Of a stretch of 44,186 nt of DNA, positions 35,386 through 44,186 are shown piece after piece. The stretch lies in assembly GCA_023231475.1 (NCBI GenBank), contig JALJEE010000502.1, forward strand, positions 1-44,186, read 5' to 3'. The translations under genes and the position numbers were made by a program. Positions within the stretch are counted from its first letter, which is position 1, and each line of letters starts with the position of its first letter. The notes under the pieces are model-generated. The model searched no databases and was not told where the DNA came from. It saw only the letters and a list, made by a program, of their open reading frames with translations. The DNA comes from Seison nebaliae. Taxonomy: Eukaryota.

Positions 35386-36894
35386 TCAGTCTTTTAAAAT
35401 ACGTCGTCGATAACCGATGATTGCGTTGAATGGTGTATGAATCATCGTGTTAAAATTGACAGGAGGAAAACGGTGTTGTTCCGTCAGAAAGAATTCATAT
35501 TTGGACAAAAGTGTTGTAATGATCGTTTTAATTTGAATGTAAGCGAATGATTCCCCGATACATCGATGACGACCAGCGCCAAATGGAACATAAGCGAATT
35601 TATCTTCTCCTGTCAATGTGGAATCGAGGAATCGATTCGGTTTAAATGTTTCATTCTCATCCCAAATATCAGGTAGTCGATGATTGGTGGTTGGAGAGAC
35701 ACAAACTTGATGTCCTTCCGGAATGATATATTTTTGATTGAGAACATCCAAATCTTTCTTTGCCAATCGCATCAAAGTGACAATGGGTGGTCGTAATCTC
35801 AATGTTTCTTTTAGACAACGATCCATCAATTTCAGTTCCTGGAGTTGATCATAATCGATTTCCTCATATTCTTCCTCATTATTCAAGTTAGCCAATGTGG
35901 ATAATGGAATGAATTCTTTCATCTCATTTAATACGTCTTCTTGAATGGAAGGATTTGCTGCCAAGAAGAAAAGGAGCCATGCCGTCGTCGTAGAAGATGT
36001 GTGTTGTCCAGCCATCAATAATCCGATTAACATACCAGCAATCTCATCATGTGTCAATCGTTGACCATTCTTATATTTTGCTTCGATTAGTGTTTGTAAC
36101 ATGTCTGTATATTCCGTGTCGTTCTTATCATCACTAAGTGATTGTATTCGTTTATTAATTGCTTTATAGAAAATGGCTTTGATCTTCAAATGAGCTTGGT
36201 CTCTAACGCGGAAACTAGGTAATGGAGTCCATGCAGGTAACAACCAAGCTAATTGAGTGAAACCGTTGTCGAGATCAGTGTAAAGATGAGCGACGGAACC
36301 ATCAAGAACCGATCTGATTTCAGGTCCGTGAAGACAGTTGCTCGCCGTCATGATGATGAGTTCGGAGAGAGCATCAAATATATTTCGTTCACCTTCATCA
36401 TTCCATTGACGAAAATAAATTTTTGTTTCTTCTTGGATGATCGGAATGTATTTGCGGAATCGTTCGATGTTTAAACCGTTCTTGAAAATTTTTTTTTGTT
36501 CTAAAAATCGGGCATTCGGCACATCATACGCGACACCTTTCCCGAAAACTGGTGTAACTAATTTTGAGTAGACATCTTCAGCGTTCAACGCTTCATTGCG
36601 ACTATTGAAGAGTAGGGCACTGGCTTCAGCTCCTACTAAATACGTGAACTTCTTCCCAACCATCTCAAAAGAGAAAACTGGTCCGTATTCTTTATAGGCA
36701 GCGAGAAGGAACTCCACTGGATTCTTTCCGAATGAAACGGCATGTCCTAAAAACGGAATAGTCGATGGGATGAATGGAGGATGTTTTGCAGATAATTTTG
36801 GTTGATTGAAGAATAGAAAATAAAAGAGTATTCCGATAATGGTCGAGAAGAGAATGGAAGTTGGAGTAATAGAACTCAAAAAACAGTCGAACAT
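35386..36894 (-). CDS. CYP51: Sterol 14-alpha demethylase (cytochrome P450 family 51), intronless
   Basis: [22 protein letters not shown]-helix [23 protein letters not shown] and the haem motif [14 protein letters not shown]. Confidence 0.97.
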   Translation of the reverse strand: MFDCFLSSITPTSILFSTIIGILFYFLFFNQPKLSAKHPPFIPSTIPFLGHAVSFGKNPVEFLLAAYKEYGPVFSFEMVGKKFTYLVGAEASALLFNSRNEALNAEDVYSKLVTPVFGKGVAYDVPNARFLEQKKIFKNGLNIERFRKYIPIIQEETKIYFRQWNDEGERNIFDALSELIIMTASNCLHGPEIRSVLDGSVAHLYTDLDNGFTQLAWLLPAWTPLPSFRVRDQAHLKIKAIFYKAINKRIQSLSDDKNDTEYTDMLQTLIEAKYKNGQRLTHDEIAGMLIGLLMAGQHTSSTTTAWLLFFLAANPSIQEDVLNEMKEFIPLSTLANLNNEEEYEEIDYDQLQELKLMDRCLKETLRLRPPIVTLMRLAKKDLDVLNQKYIIPEGHQVCVSPTTNHRLPDIWDENETFKPNRFLDSTLTGEDKFAYVPFGAGRHRCIGESFAYIQIKTIITTLLSKYEFFLTEQHRFPPVNFNTMIHTPFNAIIGYRRRILKD

Positions 36895-37005
36895 TCTCTT
36901 ATAAAATAAGGAAATTTAATAGAAGTTTTTCAGTTTCTCTTTTTATTTATAATAAGGACGAGTCGGCAAATTGTATTTAGCAGGCACCGAATTCACAAAT
37001 TATAA

Positions 37006-37015
37006 GTGGCGTGAT
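37006..37015 (-). promoter_or_regulatory. Candidate sterol regulatory element ATCACGCCAC (SRE-1 type)
   Basis: + strand gtggcgtgat, one mismatch from the classical SRE-1 ATCACCCCAC. Lies ~112 bp upstream of the CYP51 ATG. Confidence 0.5.
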
Positions 37016-37563
37016 GGAATGATAAGCTGAACATTCGAATTTTCTTCTTTAAGCATCTCCTTATTTCCTTCTATTATTTAACCTTGAATTCATCCAAAAA
37101 TCATTCTATCGTTTGTCTCATTTCATCAATTCTTCTTTCCTTTTTTTCGATGGATCATTCGATTTTATGGGAACATAATTCTAAATTAGAAATCAATTAT
37201 TACAAAGTTTATAGGTAATGAAGCTTACTATTTAATTTTGTCGTTAAACGAATTATTAATTTAACATCGAGTTATTGAGAATTGGAGGAAAGAGAATAAA
37301 TAACGTGAAAAACAATGTGAGTTTATGCGGAACTGCCAATACTGAAGGTAAGCGTTATTGGATAGATACGCCTTAAACGTTGATTGCAGCCTAAAATTTG
37401 AAAGAGACATTTCCAAATTATTTTCAATTATCGACTACGTAATGAGAAAAGACACATTGTGTTTATCAGTAAAACATGAGAATTATATAAATATAAAAAA
37501 ACGTGAAATGGACAATAGAGTTGGTACTTTCATTTGGATCTAGCTAATCATTTATTCTCTCAT

Positions 37564-38409
37564 ATGTCTCAGTCTCGACGACTAATACCGCAAAATTTCA
37601 AGGAAGATAGTTAGTCCATTCAATTATTATGTATGTTATAGTGTGATATTGTAGTGCCGACCGCCAAGAATGATGAGAAGCGAACTCACCATAATTATCT
37701 GGAGAAGAGACGTCGACATAGTATAAAAGAATCATTTGCATTGTTGAAGGAATCGGTTCCTATTCTCCGAGAGAAAGCACCACGTGCTGCTATTTTAAAG
37801 AAATCGGTCGCTTACATTAGTCTAATTCTAGAGAGGAATCACGAGTTGGACGAATGGTTGGAGCATGAGAAGACGTTGGCAGCGAAGACGGAAGATGAGA
37901 TAAAAAATCTCCTTCATCAGGTGGAAATGCATCAATCAAATTTGCAACCGGATGAACAAGAATTTCTAGCCAATGTCGAGAATGAACTATTATCGTCGAC
38001 GCTGACGAATTCACAAGAATACGATATGAAGCCGGTAGATATCGAACGATCCAATAAGAAATTCACGGATTTGTATGACCGTATGACAAATGAGTTGACT
38101 GAGAAGGAACGAATGGAGTTGAAGCAATCTCTTTATCCGAAAATCGTGCCGTCAATCATGGACCAATGTTTGGCGAATCCGGAAGAACATGTCGATTTGT
38201 TACGCACCAGTCGCTTCGACGAGCAATATCGAAATTTGCCAACAAATAAAGAGACGACAACTTATGAGTATAGTTCCGTCCATTTTGCCAACTCAAGCTT
38301 CCACGATTGCAATGACGATGAAGATAGTGTAGGTCTTAGTGACGACGATTATTCTGATGATTATTCTCACTTGCAGCAACGATCAATGAAAAAGTTATAT
38401 TGTTGTTAA
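37564..38409 (+). CDS. MAX: Max-like bHLH-ZIP transcription factor; intron 37610-37654
   Basis: KRTHHNYLEKRRRHSIKESFALLKESVP...EKAPRAAILKKSVAYI matches Max. A short first exon MSQSRRLIPQNFKED splices in frame. Confidence 0.8.
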
Positions 38410-38573
38410 ATAAAATTTTGGTTTCAAATTTGTTTATTTTCAAGTTTTTCGGAAGTCGTCTATAAGCCAAAAATTTAAAATTTAACTATTACTTCAAACA
38501 CTGTAACATTTACTTGTACATTCAACGTCCTGGCGATTTCTTTATATGACAGCTACATTCTACCCACAACATC

Positions 38574-38587
38574 GTTGCTATGACAAC
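38574..38587 (+). promoter_or_regulatory. RFX X-box GTTGCTATGACAAC
   Basis: Fits the GTHNYY-AT-RRNAAC consensus; lies ~22 bp upstream of ATG 38609. Confidence 0.7.
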
Positions 38588-38608
38588 AACACTAATCTCG
38601 CAGGAATT

Positions 38609-39351
38609 ATGATAAGAATTCTTTTAATTTCCATTCTCTTTAAATCAATCTTCACAATCGATAACTTTTTTTGTCTTAATAAAACCATTATTATATTCGT
38701 CAATCATTCACCATACATCGTCAATAGAACGAATGATGAAATTTGTCTATCTTATCAATCTTCAGCCGAACCAATTGTCGCGTTAACCCGAGAAGAAAGT
38801 GGAAAACTAATCGTTTCTCACACTAACTCCTTCACACAAGTAAGATTTATTTGGAGGTATTTTTAAATTTTTTTTTTAAGAAATCACTCGAATCAGTTAA
38901 TCGGAATCAATATTCTATCATCAATAACTCCACTCTCATGTCTCAGAGTTGGAAGTTTGAGGAGAATGTGGAATTGTTGAAGAAATCGGATTGTAATTCA
39001 TTGAAGGAAGAATTGTCGACGATCCAATTCCATCAAAATGACACCACATCATCAATTATTGATTTTGTTAGAAAATTCTATTCAATTCACACATCTATAA
39101 ATGTCTTGAAAAGATTCTTCTAGAAAATAAGTCCATCCAATTGAATTCATTTCAATTCCATGTACAATATCAACGTGTTGGTGATATTCGGTTAAGAGAT
39201 AATTATAGAATTTCCAAAATTTTCTCTTATTATCAAGTTAGCGTTAAACAGCATGTCATGGCATCAAATCTCATGTCTATTCTCTCAGTGTAAATCAACA
39301 AACGAATTTTTATCAACAAAAATTTATTGGAATCTCTTAACGTCATCGTAA
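38609..39351 (+). CDS. ~200 aa secreted orphan, possibly a minimal tectonic-like ciliary protein; introns 38840-38880, 39067-39113, 39237-39288
   Basis: Signal-like MIRILLISILFKSIFT. Three phase-0 GT-AG introns give one open frame ending FHVQYQRVGDIRLRDNYRISKIFSYYQCKSTNEFLSTKIYWNLLTSS*. X-box upstream. Confidence 0.6.
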
Positions 39352-40813
39352 TCAATCCTCTCGCAACCTGACAAAGGCTCGTGGATATAAATCGTATGAA
39401 TCTAATGTTCTCTCTTCGTCCACCATCATCTCATTTCGATGCACACATTCTAATCGATAATTAGATGATAATGTGAATAATGAGCTAGAGAATTAATGTT
39501 TTCAATTAGTTGTCTTTAATAAAATTCCAACTTGCTCTCGATAATTCTCTTCAAATGTTTTATTGTTTCATTTTTGTCGAGAATTATTCTCAATTCGAAA
39601 ATACCTTTCGGACATCGACACTTAATTTCACAACATTCTTTCGTCTTCTTATCCTCTCCCAATCGCTCAACTTTATTATTTGGATCTTCTCGTAATTCGA
39701 TAATGTTTCCTAAAAAAAATTAAATTGAGAATTTGGAGTTTAGAGGAAGAATTCGAACCATTCGCACCGATTTTGTGAGAAGCCATTTTTGTTAGATCGA
39801 TATCCATAGGCAAACCGGATCGGGCTGATTTCAGTCGACGACCAGTTCCTACGAATGACGAATATTTCACTTCAGAAGAATCCTTAACCTATTCAAATTG
39901 TTTGAAGTAGATAAGGAATTAAAAGATATTCCAACATCAAAAAAAACTCCATCAGGATATTTAATTTTAAGTTCTGATGGATAATATCCATCAATTACAT
40001 CAACAATGAATTGTTGAGTCTGATCATTTGCTAAATCACGGAATGGTCCATTCATCAGATATATGCCGTTATTGAAAACTTCGATGGGTATTTTAGAGAA
40101 TGAACGATTGCCAAACGTTTTCATATTGATACTGGGATCAGATATAATTGTGATTTCTTTCTCTTCATCCTCCAAATGACCATTTAACAGCTTCAACGAT
40201 TCTACTAAATCTGTCATTAATGATGAATCACTTTTCCCATCATCCTCCTTCTCGTTCACTAGAGCTAAAGTTCCATTACCTTCCTTCTCATTCCCAACGA
40301 ACACTAAATCATAATCAGCAAAGAATTTCTAAGTTCCAAGAATGATAATGATGAAATAATTGCTTGGAAGAAAAAGAAACTTCCATCTCCCTAAGTCGTT
40401 GTTGACTTTCATAATATTTCATTTTCCATTCCAAAGTATCATACGATTCCTGATTCTTTAACTTCTTACGCAACTCAGCATTTTCATTCATTAACTGTTT
40501 CGTGATATCTTCTAGTTCGTTGCACTTATGTGTGAGAGAAGTGAGAAGTTCCGAATCAGTTTTATCTTCCTTTTTCTTCTCGTCATTCAGTGGAGCTTTC
40601 GGTCGGAAGAAGTTCGACTTCTTTCGGTTCAACTCATCATTAATTACAGATCGAACTAGTTGGTGGTCGACGTCATCTTCAGGAGTGAAACCGTTATACT
40701 TATCCGATCTATAATTAAGTAGTCGATGTATGTATTTGTCCTTCCTATGAATATCGTCCATCAAAATGAAAGAAGTTTAACACAAAAACTAATATTAACT
40801 GCTCCTCATCCAT
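39352..40813 (-). CDS. UBXN11: UBX domain protein 11 (coiled coil + SEP + UBX), 6 exons
   Basis: EMEKFFADYDLVFVG. SEP domain FNNGIYLMNGPFR...DVIDGYYPSELKIKYPDGVFF. FVGTGRRL. UBX end TLDSYDLYPRAFVRLR. Confidence 0.88.
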
Positions 40814-40847
40814 CGTTCCTTTATAGAGTCGAATTTTTCCACTTTCC

Positions 40848-40861
40848 GTTATCATAGCAAC
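40848..40861 (-). promoter_or_regulatory. RFX X-box GTTGCTATGATAAC
   Basis: + strand gttatcatagcaac fits the X-box consensus; lies ~35 bp upstream of the UBXN11 ATG. Confidence 0.7.
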
Positions 40862-41699
40862 GAAAATATCGCCCACTCGTGAAATCGGTAAAGAAAATAA
40901 TTTCAATGTTTTCACATTTTAAGCCACTTCTTAAGACCGTTTTAAACGTTAACATTATTTTTTAAATTTTAATTTAAATATATATATTAATATTTATTTA
41001 TTTATATTATTAATATTAAACATGATTATTGTTCTTTGTTTATTATTTAATTGTCATTCTCGCTAGTAAGTCTTAATTTGTCGAGGAACTCGTAGTCAAT
41101 TGGTAAAGTGATATCAATAGTGATAAGTTGAAATATAATGATTATGATTAATAATCAATTAAGGGGATAAATAACAGACAAAAGAGTTATGAATATATTG
41201 GAACTTTATAGAGGAGAGGAAAAATATGATGACATATGAGAATGACAGGAATAAGAAATTCAGTGGCGAGAAAAATAGGACGCTTGTATCTATGAAAACA
41301 ACACATCGTCCTGCTAATAAGTTGTTTGTAGCTGAGTCGCAGCCGATTGGTATAGAAGATGCTTATCGTAAAAGAATATGTACCGTTTGAACTCGATGAC
41401 AAAAAATATACGAGATAGGGTAATCTGACAGAACGTAACATCTAATAGTAAATGTGAAAACAGAATTATTGTATTTTATTAATAGCGACGAGTAAATTAG
41501 GTAATTCGGTAATGGAAGAAAAGACAGAATATTATTATTATTCTATGTTTATTGAAATTCTCGACTGGAAAAATTAGAAAATAGATCGTAATCGACGAAA
41601 TGAGAATTGGAGATAAATTGGAGCAATTATTTGGCAGTCGGTGAGGTGTTCCTGATTATAGACATCCTGATAAAAGGCAGTTATAATCGCCACCTATTA

Positions 41700-42330
41700 T
41701 GAAACCGATGTTGTCGTTGGTATGGATAATAGATTTAATAGCGGAAAGTATAGAGTGAAAGAATGTGAAGCCGTTCTGATGAACATATACGTTGAATTTT
41801 CTTCACCAATATCCGGATCATTTCTCCATCTATTAGCGGCTTGGTATATATGTAGCTGGATGTTGCACATACTTGAAATTCCACCCAACCGGATGTTATG
41901 AATGAGGGAAGAAGATGTTGAACCAGTTTGATACAAATATTATCAAAACCATATATCCACCTAATATATTGGCACGGATGTTGGAAAAAAGAACTGACCT
42001 CAAATTTAACAGTAACTCAAGTTTGTACGCTCCCGTGATAGTTGCATTATAGAATATACCTCCGGGTTCATGAGGTTTCACTGGAGCGTCATAATCTTCA
42101 TAAACACCACATTTGCCGTCTAAGCAAAATACAGAAGATTCGATTGTATTAAAATTAGAAACCATTGTATTTTGAAACCACCGCTATTTAATGAATTAAT
42201 ATATGGATCGAAAGTGGAACTCTTCGATTCTTTCCAACAGCTATTACGCGCTGCGGGTTTGCTTAAACTTCCATTAACAGAAATTAATTGGACGAGCATA
42301 AAAATACACAAAAGTATTATAACAAATCAT
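41700..42330 (-). pseudogene. Decayed AA15-type lytic polysaccharide monooxygenase (chitin-binding type-4) gene
   Basis: Signal peptide, then NGSLSKPAARNSCW, LNSGGFKIQW, GKCGVYEDYDAP.KPHEPGG.FY, RANILGGY and YQAANRW.NDP. These are spread over three frames, the ATG is out of frame with the signal peptide, and key His/Cys residues are substituted. Confidence 0.65.
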
Positions 42331-43608
42331 TGTAAGTATAGTTGATATTTTCTCCTTATGATTTAAGTCAAATTCATCCTCTTATTTATATACTTTTCTT
42401 TTCTTATCAATTTCTAATTAATTTCTCTCCCTGCCAAATTTTGCGATATGAATGGCCGAAGACGAATTTTAATTTTGACAATTTTTGTTTATCTACATTA
42501 TGGGACATTATCTTCGTTCTACGTTCACACAAAATAACATTTAACAACAATTACTTTTTTTATGATGATAATTATTTTTATAAGGATTATAAATCAAGAA
42601 AACGACGACGAAGACTTTTGTCCTTTTCATAACTCCCTCCGTCTTGAGGAATATTTCTCTTCCTCCCGCTCCAAACCATACGTTCCTAGGAGTTGTCTTA
42701 GATTCCAAAATGGTTGCATCCGCCTTACTCGATTACCTCGTTCAGCGAAAAGTCAGCATTATGCTGTAACATGTAGAAACAATAAATCAGCTATTAAGAA
42801 TCAATTAGTTTCATTAAGTTGACGCAGGGCACCGTCCATTTCCAGTCTATATAACTAGGGACCCAATATTACCTTAGCGAACACCTGAATTAAATTTTGG
42901 AAAGGATTACAGAAGTTGCCACCATGAACGACGCTAATTGTAGAATTTGGAGAAAAATGAATAACAAACTTGAGCTTTGAACATTAAATAACAAATCATT
43001 GGAAGATTATTAATCAGAGAATGAATGAGATGGAGAAAAATGTTCCGATTCTTAAACACGGAAGATAAATAAATAGATAAGTAAAGTTTAGGGAAGAAAA
43101 ATCCGATTGTACCTTCGGAATGAATTTTTAAGAAATAAAATAATAAATTAAATTTTGAAGTCGAAAAATTATTAATAGAATGTTGGAGCCATAGTCTGTA
43201 GAAAATGGATGAGTAAAACGAAAGTTTGTTTTGGATGACAATTTTCCGCGGAATTTTTCTACGGATGTTATGGAATTGGAAGATCTTGAAGCGTGGTGAA
43301 TCGGTAATGTTTTGAGTTTTTTTCATAAAAGTTTGTCCGATAATTCGGATCACCAGAAGAGAAACGTAAGAATACCTTACGTAAAGTTGTTCAAAAAATA
43401 AACTCAAGTAAATTGCGGTTACTTACGTTTGTTAACATTATGATTCACCATCATCATCACCAATAAAACTAATAAGATCCGTCTTAAATTTGAGAAGAAA
43501 ACGGAAAAAAAGATCTGATTTAAAAAGTATTATCGTTCTATTATTTATAGTATTAATTTGAAGCGGATCATATCGCTCTTATTTATTATTTGCCACTTAA
43601 TTTCCTAC

Positions 43609-44110
43609 TCATCCAAAGATGTTTTTGAGTAATCCATGGAATCCTCCGTGTCCTGCAGCTTTACCGTTGCCAACTCCTTCGCTTTTACCCTTTGCATTAG
43701 CAACACCTTGTAAAGATCCAGTACCCTTCACACCACCAGTAGCTGAGCCGGAAGCGGATCCACTTGCACCACCAGTTGCACTTCCAGTTAAACCACCAGT
43801 CCATCCCTTAAATGGATTCCAAGCGAAGTTTGATTTAGCCTGAACTGCTCCATTTACTTTTCCTTCGGCTTTTCCTTTCATTTCTCCTTGAGCGACCACT
43901 TTACCCTTTGCTGCTGCTTGTGCATTAGCATCTGCTCTAGCACGGGCAGCTGCGTCAGTTTCAACGGTACCTTCTCCTTGACCGGCTAATTCATAAGGAG
44001 CGGCTAAAAATGAAAGTAAAAATAAAATATTTATGTCATTATCTGAAAATTTAACCAGTTAATTGACTAATGCAGATGAAGAAGAAGATTCCTAAGAAGA
44101 TCAATTTCAT
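43609..44110 (-). CDS. Secreted low-complexity Gly/Ala/Lys-rich protein, 149 aa; intron 44004-44055
   Basis: Signal peptide MKLIFLGIFFFICISQLTA splices in frame to APYELAGQGEGTVETDAAARARADANAQAAAKGK...GSATGGASGSASGSATGG...GFHGLLKNIFG*. Confidence 0.85.
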
Positions 44111-44186
44111 TGTCTGATACAGATTTTCAATTTAATTTCTTACTGTGAAATATGAAATTTGAATAATTATTATCCAAATCGTCCCC

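Noticed and set aside
42342..43407. ORFs 42342, 42562 and 42934
   Set aside because: F/I/N/K-rich translations typical of AT-rich non-coding or decayed DNA, with no motifs.
1254..43843. Numerous short ORFs antisense to or overlapping real genes (e.g. 2035, 5931, 15926, 21995, 31493, 36253, 43619)
   Set aside because: Shadow frames of the genuine CDSs.
44170..44186. Terminal atccaaatcgtcccc as the start of another repeat-ended element
   Set aside because: Too short to evaluate, and it is not the reverse complement of the left-end motif.

Overview
This is AT-rich, gene-dense eukaryotic (metazoan) genomic DNA, not prokaryotic. It holds about 20 protein-coding genes. Many are broken by ~37-85 nt GT-AG micro-introns, which is why the ORF track is fragmented; others are intronless. 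The compactness and gene set suggest a miniaturised spiralian genome such as a rotifer relative (inference only). Genes in order: Tc1 transposase relic with a nested repeat element, EDEM3, MVD, a TSP1 proprotein, a neuropeptide precursor, a doubtful small orphan, Fcf2/DNTTIP2, CYB5R, a 5x CBM14 chitin-binding protein, coactosin, a Fer3/PTF1-type bHLH, an ABCC transporter, SRP19, ATG10, an SK channel, taxilin, CYP51, Max, a tectonic-like orphan, UBXN11, a decayed AA15-type LPMO and a secreted Gly/Ala-rich protein. The main signals are these. (1) 38 of the 40 introns I could model in frame start GTT and show no GTRAGT consensus. (2) A convergent gene pair has directly abutting stop codons, and each gene has a near-identical RFX X-box. 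(3) SREBP-type elements lie upstream of CYP51 and CYB5R. (4) The ABCC has one completely dismantled ATP site. (5) The LPMO relic has lost its His-brace. All gene models were spliced by eye, without transcript or database support.
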